Of a DNA stretch of 64,000 bases, positions 53,025-64,000 are shown piece by piece (position 1 is the stretch's first letter; each line of letters opens with the position of its first letter). Where the stretch lies: NCBI GenBank assembly GCA_043228905.1, contig JBHGNT010000010.1:21762001-21826000 (forward strand). Direction: 5' to 3'. The DNA is from Azolla caroliniana (taxonomy: Eukaryota; Plantae; Polypodiophyta). The position numbers and the translations under genes are program-made. The notes beneath the pieces were generated by a model, which was not told the origin of the DNA, made no database searches, and saw only the letters and a list, made by a program, of their open reading frames with translations.

Positions 53025-53283
53025 CTCTTGGAGACCTCAACTTTTTCTTCTTCTTTGCACAGATTTCATTTCTTGATGGCGAACTACCTCTTTCATCCAT
53101 CCAAACTCCTGTTGATTTTGCAATCTCTTTCCTTTTTTAACTCACTATTGCCTTCGTTTCCTTCCATAGAGGACGACTGCAGACAACTGGTCTCAACTAT
53201 GCACAGAAATAGTGTACCACACACACCTTAAATAATGACTATCCTTTTATAACATTAGCCTCTCTGATGGTGCTAACAATTTA

Positions 53284-55830
53284 TCACAGCCTCACAATCC
53301 TTTCAGCATCCTCGAGGCTTGCAGTTGCATACATGTTCACCATACGAGAATAAGGTCTACCATCAGCTCTATCTAGTTCTATTGCCTTCTCAAAAGCCCA
53401 TCTTCCAATATGCACATTACCCCATTTTTTACATGCACCCAAGAGCGTGCACCATAGTGGATGATAAGACGGCAGTTCCCTCATTACTTCTATAGCCTTG
53501 TCGAAACGTCCTGTCCGGCTGAACAGACCAACCATGCAAGTGTAGTGTTGTATTTGAGGAGTGACACCATATCCTCGTCTCATATTTTCAAAATACATTT
53601 CGCCCTCGTTCACAAGGCCAGAATGACTACACGCACTAAGAATACAAAGAAATGTTACTGCATCTGGAGAGATACCCTCACTTTGCATTTGTTCAAAACA
53701 ATCTAGAGCTTCTTCAACGTGCCCCCTATGAAAATACCCTTCAATGAGTGCAGACCAAGAGACTACATCCCGAAAAGGAAGCTCATCAAGAACTTGTTGT
53801 GCTTTATCCAGCACACCACATTTCACATACATATGCACCAATGCATTGCCGAGCGTAGAATGTTTCTCCAGCATCCCCTTGTTAACAATGAATTCATGAA
53901 GTTGTTTCCCAATATCAAGTACTCCTCTGGAGCTACATGCTTTAAGGATGCAAAAGAAAGTTATTCTATTTGGAGAAAAACCATCACTTTGCAGCCTGAA
54001 AAACGAGTTTAATGCATCTTCTGCTTGACCCCATTGAGAATATCCTGCAATAAGTGCATTCCAAGAAACCACATCTCGGATGGGAATTTTGTCGAAAACC
54101 TCCTGTGCCTTTTGCAATGCACCACACTTACCATACATATCGACCAAGGCATTTCCAATGACCATATGCTTTTCAAGAAGCCCTTTAGCGATGATTTCAT
54201 CGTGTATTCGTTTGCCCCTACCAAGTGCTCCTGTGCTTCCACATGCCTTCAAAATACAAGTCAATGTAGTCTCACTCGGGAAAACACTTTGACTGATCAT
54301 CTGGTCAAAACAGCTCAATGCATCTCCTCCCTTACTCTGCTTGTTATATCCTACCATCAGTGCATTCCATGATACTACGTCATGAGCACAAAGGCTGTCG
54401 AGAACTTTTTGTGCTTTTTCTAGCTCGCCACATTTGGCATACATATCCAACAATGCGGTGCCAAGACGAGCATCTTTATCCAACAATCCTTCATTCATTA
54501 TGTCACGGTGTATTTTTTCACCTTCTGCAATGGCTTCTATAGAGCCGCATGCCTTTAGTATGCATACAAATGTGATTATGCTTGGTGAGAGGCCCTCCTT
54601 TTGCATTCGACGAAAACAATTTAAAGCCTCCGATCCCTGCCCATCTTCAGCATACCCTGCAATCAGTGCATTCCAAGATACCACATCCCGAAAAGGAAGG
54701 ACATCAAGCACTTGTGCTGCTTCTGTGATAGCACCACATTTTACATACATGTCAATAAGAGCATTTCCAAGCACAACACGTTGCCCTAGCAACCCTTTCC
54801 TGACAATCTCATCATGAATTCGTCTACCATTTTCAGCACTATGAGAATTTCTACAGGATTTCAAGATGCAAGTGAAGGTGACAGTATTTGGGGAAAAGCC
54901 ATCATCACTTTGCATCTTTTGAAAACAATGCAATGCATCGTCACACTTCCCTTGGTGGGCATAACCCGCAATTAACGCATTCCAAGAAGCTACACACCGC
55001 ATAGGAAGGTCCTCAAAGGCCTCTCGAGCTTTCCCTTGCTGACCACACTTAGCATACATATCCACCAATGCTGTACTAAGAACAGTGTCATTCCTCAACA
55101 AACCCTTGTAAAGAATCTCACTGTGAATTTGACAACCTTTATGAAATGCTCCCATGTTGCCGCAGGCCTTCAAAATGAAGGTGAATGTGATGGAATCCGG
55201 GGAGATACCCTCATTTTGCATTCGTTCAAAACAACTTAAAGCCTCTGAACCCATCTCTTTTTGGGCATATCCTCCAATGAGAGAAGACCACGAGACTACA
55301 TCCCGGATAGGAAGCTCATCAAACACTGTTTGTGCTTTGTCCAGTGCACCACATCTGACATACATATCAACCAAGGCATTGCCAAGCACAACATGTTTTT
55401 GGTGAAGAAAGCCCTTTGTAACAATCTCATGGTGGATTTGTTTACCTTTTGCCAATGCTCTTATGTGACCACATGCCTTCAATACACAAACGAACGTGAC
55501 CTCATCTGGAAGAATACCGTGGTTCAGCATCTTCTCGAAACATCTTAATGCTTCCTCCCCTTGCTCATCTTGAGAATATCCTGCAATGAGTGCATTCCAA
55601 GCGATGCCATCTTGAACGGGAAGCTCTTCAAACACTTGGCACGCTTTGTCCAGCTTACCACATTTTGCATACATACTCACTAGTGTGCTTCCAATATAAG
55701 GATGCTTTTCAAGCAACTTTTTCCTTAGAATGTCCGCATGTAACCTAATTCCTGTCTCCAGATCCTTCTTCTTAGCACAAGTTTTTAGTAAGGAAACACA
55801 GGATACACACTCCGCTTGGTAATTTGCCAT
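53284..55830 (-). CDS. PLS-class pentatricopeptide repeat protein, E-subgroup (23 PPR motifs + E1 + partial E2, no DYW); putative organellar RNA-editing specificity factor; intronless
   Basis: Seven regular L-S-P triplets (GNALVDMY.KCG / VVSWNALIAGY / TF.CILKAC), then L2 (TFLCILSACSHSGLVNEG), S2 (HYTCMVGLFSRTG), E1 (WCTLLGACKKWGNV) and a truncated E2. Confidence 0.95.
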   Translation of the reverse strand: MANYQAECVSCVSLLKTCAKKKDLETGIRLHADILRKKLLEKHPYIGSTLVSMYAKCGKLDKACQVFEELPVQDGIAWNALIAGYSQDEQGEEALRCFEKMLNHGILPDEVTFVCVLKACGHIRALAKGKQIHHEIVTKGFLHQKHVVLGNALVDMYVRCGALDKAQTVFDELPIRDVVSWSSLIGGYAQKEMGSEALSCFERMQNEGISPDSITFTFILKACGNMGAFHKGCQIHSEILYKGLLRNDTVLSTALVDMYAKCGQQGKAREAFEDLPMRCVASWNALIAGYAHQGKCDDALHCFQKMQSDDGFSPNTVTFTCILKSCRNSHSAENGRRIHDEIVRKGLLGQRVVLGNALIDMYVKCGAITEAAQVLDVLPFRDVVSWNALIAGYAEDGQGSEALNCFRRMQKEGLSPSIITFVCILKACGSIEAIAEGEKIHRDIMNEGLLDKDARLGTALLDMYAKCGELEKAQKVLDSLCAHDVVSWNALMVGYNKQSKGGDALSCFDQMISQSVFPSETTLTCILKACGSTGALGRGKRIHDEIIAKGLLEKHMVIGNALVDMYGKCGALQKAQEVFDKIPIRDVVSWNALIAGYSQWGQAEDALNSFFRLQSDGFSPNRITFFCILKACSSRGVLDIGKQLHEFIVNKGMLEKHSTLGNALVHMYVKCGVLDKAQQVLDELPFRDVVSWSALIEGYFHRGHVEEALDCFEQMQSEGISPDAVTFLCILSACSHSGLVNEGEMYFENMRRGYGVTPQIQHYTCMVGLFSRTGRFDKAIEVMRELPSYHPLWCTLLGACKKWGNVHIGRWAFEKAIELDRADGRPYSRMVNMYATASLEDAERIVRL

Positions 55831-58180
55831 TCTTTTCCTCTCTCTCTCTCTCTGTATCTATTAGATACATAAGGATACTGACGACAATGAAAGAGAAAGA
55901 ACCCAAGCGTGGAATAGGCTAGAAGCATATTTGAGACAGAGTACTTGCTCAATTCCATCAGAGAAGAGCATGATTTATGAGTGAACCGAATTCCATTGAA
56001 AACCAACTGGATGCATTTCTCCAAGTATTTTCTTCCTTTCGACAACATGAACATAAATGAGAAACTCAATTCTAGCATAGACCCAACATAAAAATCTACG
56101 CAATGCATCCCATCATCATAATCTTTGGAAGTGTGAGAAAATTCTTCATTTATGGACTAAACCAAATGGCTATTTTAATTAGAATAAAAATTTGAATAAT
56201 CTTGAGTGGCCAATATTTTCTTTTCTTTTAATTGGGGATACTTAGTGTAGACATTGTGATGATTTGGTTGGCCTTCGAAAGTGTTTTACTGTTGTTGTAT
56301 GACTTGATAGATGATTCGTTTCTAGGTTGTGATTTTGCAATTTGTGGACATGTCATAATTTTGGCAAGAGTTCTTAGGATCATCTTTCAATTCAAAAGAA
56401 TAAGAGTAGTGAGGATGGAAGTCTTAAAAAAGAATTCATGAATGACGTATTAATTTTAATTTTTGGATCTCCAAGTATGCGGTGGTTCTATGTTGAATTT
56501 CTTTCCTCGTAGAATACTAAGGTAAATTGTAGATGAGATTATGAATAGCAATCCATACTATGGTTTATCCAAGAACAACATGTTCATTTCAAAATACAAG
56601 AATGATATTAAATGTGATTTTGATGCAACCAATGGAATGACAAAACATGACAGAGTATCATTGTATGCTTGTACCATGTGGTTAATCTTTATGTTTCCCC
56701 TTCTTTGCATTGTAGCATTCTTTGGAATATCATGAACATTGAACATGCTTAGTTGTACATAAAACTATATCTAATCACATTTGACCGAAGAAGATACTTC
56801 CACAAGTGATCCATTCCACTAAGCTTGTCACTCTTTCAAATGCCTAGTAATTTCCAATCTCTCTTAATCAAAACTTGTACAAGCAATAAGATTGATTGTT
56901 CGCCTCTAAAACAATTACTCTATGCTCTTTTGCAAATATATACCACGGGCATGTAGACCTCATCATGAATGCAACACATGCAACATGCCTTTTAGTGAGT
57001 CTATTTTTGGAACACTGTCACACTTGTGTTCACTTAATTAATTGTATGTAAATTGTACATTTGTTAGTTTTTACCAAAGGAAATAGTAACTAAGACTATC
57101 AAATATTTTAATATGTCCAATATTATCATATGATATTCTGTTGATGCAATGGCTTTCATGCTCTTTAAGAATATTCATATGGAGATCATACATTCCATTA
57201 AAGTCATCCATAGCATGTTTATCTACCACAGTTTTAGATAATCACCAGTATATGGACAAGGACGTAGTATGAGTGTTGATGTATAACCATACCCTGATTG
57301 GTATCAATCTTCAAAACTACCAAAAAGTATTGCCAACAAATTCATTCTTCACAAGACTTGTAGACAACTTGAATAATACCAAAAAAAATTGCGATCACAC
57401 AATTTATTGTTTTGTTGAAGAATCGTGTAATTTTGTCTTACCCTTTGTTCTTCTACTTCATGGAATAGCTACGAAAACATTTTGGTTTTAGAACTTTGAA
57501 TTGCATTCACTTATGATGTCATGTGCAATAAATGCTACAATATTTCATAAACAATAATGGTGAACAAATGCCTTACTGGTAGCATTAAGAGAAAGACATC
57601 TCAAAAAAATCCACAGGAGTCCATATAGACAATTTTTAGTCATGCATAAACTCCCAATGAAAAATTAATCAATCCATAATTACATAAATCCCAAGCGCCA
57701 AATCACCTGGGAGCAATTGCCAACCAACAGTGATGCAAGCATCTGCAGAGGAAGAGATTCTACCCAACCAGAAGGATCTACTTTTGAAGCTTAATTCTTG
57801 AATGCTGGTTGTAACATGCCATTACGCTTTATGCTTTCCATAACCCTTACCATATATACGAATTAAATGTTGTTTTTTGACTTCAATATCCATGCATTCA
57901 GGATAAGAACAAAGAATGACAGCATAGAATTACATTGACTGTTCCTGCTTTCCATCATCATAATCTAGGAATTTGGCAAGCAATCTAAACTAACTGAAAA
58001 ACATCTAGAACTATCCAAGACTAAAATCACTTGATGGGCATCGTCAACGAGCACATAAAAATAGCAGCAATTGCATACTTCACAAAGTCAAAACAATTGC
58101 CTTGAACTCATATGAACATGGCTTTAGTAAGTAGGAGTATAACCAAGTTGCAAAAATCATCAGGGCAAGCTTGCCCCACT

Positions 58181-59635
58181 TTATTCCTTCTTCCCTCCTA
58201 TTGGACTTGCCTTAGCATTCATTATTGCCTTTTCAAACTCAGACAGTTCAGCATTAGATCCCACCGTTGATGTCAACTTACCCACTTCTGGCTCCTTTTT
58301 CAATGGTTCTTTCTTATTTTTCCTGGGCTCAACCTCACGTGAACCATCTTGTTTAATGTTCGGGGGTATCTGTGGAGTGGGCCTAGGGTTAGTTTGGTGT
58401 TTGTTTTCACCTATCCCATTCAAATTCCAATTACTCCTAATCTCCACTTGTGAACCCATCTCCTCCATAGCTCTCCTAAGCACTTGATTCTCAGCATGAA
58501 TCAGATGCAACTGCCTTTTCATTGAATAGCACATGGCTGCTACTTGAGCCAATTCTTGATTATCCTCAAGCAAATTGATGTGATCCACATAGCCACTATA
58601 TCCAATATTAGGGGGAGCTTCCGGCTTGCTTTCTTTTTGGTTCTGGATAGGTGCAGTTGATTCAAAGCTCACCTTGTCCAAGAGAATAGATGGTAGTTTT
58701 GAGAGAGAAAATGATGGTAATACACTATCCCATCCTTGAAAAACTTCTGGAGGTGGTCTAACACCCCAACGAACATTGAGCCTTGCATGACTTCCCAAGG
58801 GAAGTAGGCTATGAGCCATGATTTTACAATTGTGAAGACCAATATGGGCACCATTAAATGAAAAAGGAGAGGATACCTTGTGATAATCCATCTTAATCTT
58901 CTCGTTCTCAGGAGCTTGAAAGATCTCAGTTGTGCTGATATCTGATTCGGTATCTTGTTCTTTGAAATCATCTGGTTTCTTCTTCCGATCTCCATGAACT
59001 TTCCGATCTTTATCAAAGCCTTCTATCTTTAACAAGACATTAGACCCGATACCACTGACACCATTAGAATCAATCAAGGGACTAATATACTGAGATCGAT
59101 CAGAGTCCTTCTTAATACCTACTTTTGAATCAACATTTGGAAGACTAAAACTGGAAAAGGTGCCAGTTTCCCCTTTCAAAGGGGTAGTAGAGGACATATC
59201 TTGCTCACCATTTTCACTCCAATGCAAGGATGAAACACCTTGTTTTGGTGTCCCTGAGACAAAATCGGAGATATAGACATCTTTTTTAATGCTAAAATCA
59301 CCTACGCGTGGCCGGATCCTCAGAGAAAACAAAGGCTCTTTTCCTTTAGGTAGGAGGTGAAGCTCAGCAGTTAAAGTGAGTGAAGAGCCGCCTTGAGGAG
59401 AGCCCCATAGACCTAATCCTGTTTTCAATATAACTGACAATGGGTTTTGTTCATTTGGTTTGTACGCAAACTTTATAGAAGGACCAGCAGAGAAGAAAGT
59501 GCCCACATGAACTGAAAGATCTTTTTTTGTTCCTACAGCTATTCCTGATGAGAGAGGGATTGGCCCAATATTGAAGGGTACTTTAGCCCTCAGTAAAGGA
59601 CCCTTTTCTTCTCTGAACTTGATTGATGACTTCAT
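58181..59635 (-). CDS. OEP40: OEP40-like chloroplast outer-envelope beta-barrel channel (At3g57990 family), intronless CDS, 484 aa
   Basis: The N-terminus MKSSIKFREEKGPLLRAKVPFNIGPIPLSSGIAVG...GPSIKFAYKPN...KTGLGLWGSP, plus RPRVGDFSIKK and LNVRWGVRPP...LP.ILLDKVSFE and a C-terminal coiled coil, match the family as recalled (no database search run). Likely 5'UTR intron ~59638-59808. Confidence 0.8.
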   Translation of the reverse strand: MKSSIKFREEKGPLLRAKVPFNIGPIPLSSGIAVGTKKDLSVHVGTFFSAGPSIKFAYKPNEQNPLSVILKTGLGLWGSPQGGSSLTLTAELHLLPKGKEPLFSLRIRPRVGDFSIKKDVYISDFVSGTPKQGVSSLHWSENGEQDMSSTTPLKGETGTFSSFSLPNVDSKVGIKKDSDRSQYISPLIDSNGVSGIGSNVLLKIEGFDKDRKVHGDRKKKPDDFKEQDTESDISTTEIFQAPENEKIKMDYHKVSSPFSFNGAHIGLHNCKIMAHSLLPLGSHARLNVRWGVRPPPEVFQGWDSVLPSFSLSKLPSILLDKVSFESTAPIQNQKESKPEAPPNIGYSGYVDHINLLEDNQELAQVAAMCYSMKRQLHLIHAENQVLRRAMEEMGSQVEIRSNWNLNGIGENKHQTNPRPTPQIPPNIKQDGSREVEPRKNKKEPLKKEPEVGKLTSTVGSNAELSEFEKAIMNAKASPIGGKKE

Positions 59636-59708
59636 TTCTGCAGCAGAGAAAGCCCTTAAAAACCTATCTATCTCTGTCTCTCTCTTATCCTCGAACGACC
59701 CCTAACAC

Positions 59709-59717
59709 AAACCCTAA
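59709..59717 (+). promoter_or_regulatory. Telo-box AAACCCTAA in the OEP40 leader region
   Basis: Exact single motif, 74 bp upstream of the OEP40 ATG. Confidence 0.4.
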
Positions 59718-61077
59718 TCCTAACCAGAAAAGACTGGTTGCAGACCCCAAAGACCTTTGTTCCTGGGAGAATTAACAATGAAACAATTAAGTTACGATGT
59801 AATACTACCTCTTAGTGAGATCTTGAGAAGGATGGCTTCTGCATGGAGAGGGATCGAGCCCGCGAGGATGAACGAGTGTCCTGCATCTCTCTCTCTTTCT
59901 CTGATTATGATGATGATAAAGAAGACAAAAAACAGAGTGAGTGCAGAAATTGCAGATATAGCCCCGATTCTTTATGTATTTATCAGGTTCCAGAGTGCTT
60001 GGTCTTTTGATTCTTCAAAGGAAATTTAAGTAGCTCTCTCCTCCCCTTTGGACCTTTATAAACAGCTAGCTATTTTTAACGGCTCGATGATATGTATATG
60101 TAATAATGTATGTATGGGTAGATCACATCTCGGACGGCCGAGTGACTGAGTTGCTCGATCGGAGATATTTGAAGTGTTTAGCTAGGTCAGACATGTGTGA
60201 ATAATGAATGGAGTTCCTTGATGTGTTGACTTGTTGACATGAATGAATGGACAACTAGATCGCAGATATGTGACACCTTAACATTCACTTCCTTGCTCCC
60301 TAAGGCTGAGTATGGGAGTGGCTAAGTAAATATCCTTCACGTTATTAAGGTTTCATGTAAGGTTTGACCAAAATGGACAACCTTGTAGCTCAATGTAGAA
60401 ATTTGTCTCCTGATTCTATGATGAAACCATAACCATAACCACAACCATACGGTTCAAAGTTTTTTCCAGGATGATAGACTCTTGAGAAGTCTGCAAGGCC
60501 CCCTCCCTAGATAACAATGCCATAACACAATGCATTCATCTATAAGCCTCTCAAAAAAATCAAAACTTATTTTCCTTTCAATTAAATCTCTATGCAAACT
60601 ATCTTATAAAGGACATGCTTAGGATATTTCCGAAAGATAAATATCTAAATATTTTGTATGAAGTAGACCATAAGTTCGTGTTAATAAAGGTCACAAGAAA
60701 TATCACAACATTCCCCTTTCAACATCTACTCTACATTCTACATTACAAAGAGCTCACACTTACAACCTATCTTTGAAGCATTGTGACATTTTATTGTTTG
60801 CTACAAGAGACTGTGTTTTCCTTTTAAGACCGTGTTGTGCAGATTGAGATGAGCCCCATTGCAGAGGGGCGACGATGAATTCCCGTGTCACGTAATAATG
60901 AGAAAACCCCATATTTGTTCGTAAAACGTTTTTGAGTACATAGATTGGGTAGCACAATTTGTGTATAGGGTCATTTTGTGTAAATAATGGAAACTATCCG
61001 GACCCCATGTGCCCCCATGTGCCAAAAGGGCATTTCTGTAATTTTCCTTACAAAAGATTTTGGATCATTATTTTGCC

Positions 61078-61109
<32 letters not shown>

Positions 61110-61345
61110 GTGTCTGTCTCTCTGCCTGCACAAGATAAGCTTAAGCAGACACAAGAGAGCTCGCCATTGTCTGCTTACTACGCGTCGTCATCTGTCATCG
61201 TTCTAGTCTTCCACTTTGTTCTTCTTTTTCCGTGTTATCCATATCCATATCCATATCCATATCCATATTCATCACCATCATCATCATCTACTACGTCTTC
61301 TTCTTCTTCTTCTTCTTCGTCATCATCACCATCTTCTTCTTCTTT
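61078..61345 (+). repeat. Microsatellite patchwork in the CMT1 leader: (CT)n, (ATCCAT)n, (TCA)n, (TCT)n
   Basis: Directly visible; pyrimidine-rich leader typical of plant 5'UTRs. Confidence 0.85.
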
Positions 61346-61362
61346 TATTCTTGTCACTGGCC

Positions 61363-63668
61363 ATGTCTTCCTTTCTCATCACTAGTCGCTCTTCCATTCA
61401 CTTTTTCGACATGTCTTCTGGTATATGCTCTGCTCCCCCACATTATGGTCGCCTTTCTTTCCTCAACAAAACAGGAAAAATCAGTCTTTCTCGGAAGCTC
61501 CTTAAAAGTAAGTTCCTACCTCATCTCCGTTCTCCACACTCCAAATTTTGTCTTTCAGGATGAAACGTGACAAAGTTTTGCTCATGAATGAATCATTTGT
61601 TTGAAATTTATGTTAGAGATAATTCTTTGATCAGAAAACCATAGCGCTGCAACAAATTCTGTGTGAATAAGGCTTCAGAACTTCTTTGAATGGAATTTTC
61701 TTTTAGATGATGTATGTTCTGGAACCTTCTGCTTGAATCAGGCTTCATGTAGATTAAAAAAATGTAGATTTCAATACGAGATAATTCAGACTCTTGCATG
61801 TTGTAAACATTCATTTGTTGTTCCTTGACTTGGACTTCAAAAAATGATCGTTCGTGGAAACTAGAAAGTTTGGACAGGAAGAGCACAGTGCAAGGACTCA
61901 AGATATATTGCAAGAACTTCTAATTGAATCAGAGTTCAAAATGCCTTTAAATGGATCATTACTTTTGAAAGATTCAAATTTGGAGAATTCTTTGATCAAA
62001 CAAGCACGATGGAAGAACTAAACATGCATTGCTAGATTATCGTGCTTGAATTGGACTTCAAAATACCTGCAATGGATCCTTTTTTTAGATTTAAATTTAG
62101 AGAATTCCTTCATACACCACATGGTGTAAAGATCCATAAGTTGTGAAACTTTTTAGTGAGTTAGAGTGAAAAACGCTTTTAAATGGATTGCTGCTTTTGA
62201 TATTCAAATCTGATAAGCATGATGTAAGGGTTCAACATATGTCGCAAGAACATCTTGCTTGAATTGGAGTTGCAACACTTTGAAATGGATTGATCTTTCA
62301 GGAACTGATAGTTTTTTGAGATCTAGATGGATCCTTCTTTGAGAAATGAACCCTTTTTTTGAGATTTAAACGGGTGTCTCTTTGATCTGTATGCACAATG
62401 TCATGACATTTTTCTATTATTGCTTAGAAGGAAAGAAAGGCTCAATGTTGACCTCAACGGTAATTTTGAGGGCATCAAGCACTGGTCTTGGAGCAGAAAG
62501 TCATCCAGAAAAGCTTGAAGTGGTAGAACAATGGGATGAAGACGAGTAAGTAAATCATTCAATAGAAAGTTGCCCATGTTTTCTTTCTTTTCATGAATTT
62601 GCACTCTCTGCCATTATTTCGGGCATGACCTTAGGATTGTATCATATTTTATGCCATCATTTAATTATCATCCATGGTTAAAGGATGTTGTATACTGGTA
62701 GCTACAATGCCCACCTAGGATTATGTGATAGATATATGGCTAGTATCATATTTTCGTTTTGAGCTAGAGGCCTCGAAGAATCTATTGACATCTATTTCTG
62801 TTTTCCCATGGATATACACGCTCCAGTATAGTTAAAGCAGGATTTTAGGAATATCCATAATATCCATTGTCAGACATGTGATAGATAGCATTATGTTTCC
62901 ATGTGAATTTAGGAGTCTTGTTAAATTCCTCATGGGCATCATTGCGTCATACTTGTAGCGGTACTTTACTGTCAAATGTATGATAAGTAGGATTATATTC
63001 ATCTGAATTTCAACTCTAGAGGTTCATATGGAATCCTTGTGGGCATCTTTGTGTGACAGTGTGATAGATAGGATTATACATTGACGTGAGTTTTGAGGCT
63101 TAGATAAAATCCTCATGCTATATATTGGCCCATCAATATCTCTCATCAACGCGGATTATGTCTTCATATGAGTTTACAGATTTAGATGAAATCCTCATAG
63201 ACATCAATGTAGTATGCTGGTAGTATGTGTGATAGATAGGATTATGACTTCATGTGAGTTCAGAGGTTTAGATGATACCCTGATGGACATCATTCCTTTT
63301 CACATTTGACAGAGGTAAGAAGAAGGAAGGTATTGTAAGGTTGGCCTTAGCTGTTACAACCCTCATTGGTACAGCCACTTTAGTTGGTTTTGCTGTGACA
63401 TGGAAAAGTGGGGGCCTGAATGCTTTTGTGCAGGCAGTTGCAAAGTCGGGATTTGCTGCTGCTTTTGCATTGATTTTTGTTTCAGAAATTGGTGATAAGG
63501 TAAGTCACTGGCTAGTTCAAGGTAAAACATATTTGAAGAAGAAAAGGACTCATGGTCTTTCCATCAGCTTCTTGTGAATTATATATTGTGGGTATTTTGA
63601 TATTCTCAAATGATTTGCAGACATTCTTTATCGCGGCACTGCTTGCAATGAAGCATTCCAAAAGTTTG
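61363..63668 (+). CDS. CMT1: GDT1/UPF0016 family chloroplast Mn2+/Ca2+ transporter, CMT1/PAM71-HL (BICAT2)-like; 3'-partial. Exons 61363-61507, 62428-62545, 63313-63499, 63621-63668, continuing beyond the window
   Basis: Spliced product: S-rich transit peptide MSSFLITSRSS...VILRASSTGLG, then KSGFAAAFALIFVSEIGDK|TFFIAALLAMKHSKSL carrying the E-x-G-D-K-T motif. FVSEIGDK...LLAM fits CMT1/PAM71-HL better than PAM71 as recalled. The four exons join with GT-AG in phases 1, 2 and 0. Confidence 0.88.
62800..63295. repeat. Degenerate intronic repeats in CMT1
   Basis: gtgatagatag(g)attat...gtga.tt...aaatcctcat.g.catc recurs about five times. Confidence 0.65.
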
Positions 63669-64000
63669 GTAAGTATTGTATTGATGAATGCCTTGACATC
63701 GAGAAGTGGCTGTTCCACGCTTTTATTCTCTTGTATTTAATTATCATGTATACACTGCACATAAAAGGTTATTCACATCTTCAGTGCCGAAATTGCTATA
63801 CATGACTACACATATCTGCAGTGCTCCTTCCTACATATGCATGCATGCCGCATGCCGCATGTATGTATGTATTTTTATGTCTGGGAATATATATCTATAT
63901 GAAGGTATGTATATGCATTTGCTGTCATGCAGAACCTGCATCTGATTCATGTCAGCTTTTTCAAATCTCATTGCTACAATTGTAACGTGCTTGTTATTTA

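Noticed and set aside
53100-53283. Degenerate DYW domain after the PPR stop
   Set aside because: No PG box, HSE or CxxC motif, and stops occur immediately.
53461-55548. Plus-strand ORFs with ~100-aa periodicity
   Set aside because: Antisense shadows of the PPR repeats.
59698-59724. Interstitial telomeric array
   Set aside because: A single AAACCCTAA plus partial cctaa copies; treated as a telo-box only.
60120-60310. Possible miRNA-like hairpin between OEP40 and CMT1
   Set aside because: Only short, imperfect complementarity, and no recognisable mature miRNA sequence.
61508-61558. 51-nt intron in CMT1
   Set aside because: Very short and would lead straight to a TGA; the 62428 acceptor gives a fully phase-consistent model.
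60987-61570. ORFs with YPYPYP, IHIHIH and poly-S/F tracts
   Set aside because: Translations of 5'UTR microsatellites; only the part from ATG 61363 splices into CMT1.

Overview
AT-rich, microsatellite-rich land-plant nuclear DNA. A fern is likely, inferred from the style of the PLS-PPR, SMXL and LINE sequences but not proven. Six protein-coding genes can be modelled by hand; the four intron-containing ones use phase-consistent GT-AG introns. (1) A NETWORKED (NAB/KIP1) actin-binding coiled-coil gene on the minus strand, running off the left edge and missed by the ORF track. (2) A 3-exon NYN + LOTUS/OST-HTH nuclease-family gene (MNU1/MNU2/MARF1-like, 985 aa). (3) A 3-exon SMAX1-LIKE (SMXL) gene (1033 aa). 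(4) An intronless PLS-class PPR-E editing factor. (5) An intronless OEP40-like plastid outer-envelope channel. (6) The 5' part of a GDT1-family CMT1/PAM71-HL Mn/Ca transporter, head-to-head with OEP40. Intergenic and intronic DNA holds a decayed near-full-length L1/Tx1-like LINE embedded in (GA)n, several RTE-X-like LINE fragments, a MITE-like relic and many local tandem duplications. The most unusual observations are an SMXL whose whole D1 ATPase domain appears replaced by a microsatellite-encoded N/H/Q/T/P-rich low-complexity region (with an RGKM degron variant and a short C-terminus), a NYN protein missing two catalytic acidic residues and carrying three 93-aa repeats, and a LINE family ending in (AG)n rather than poly(A). 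No rRNA, intact tRNA or CRISPR array was seen.
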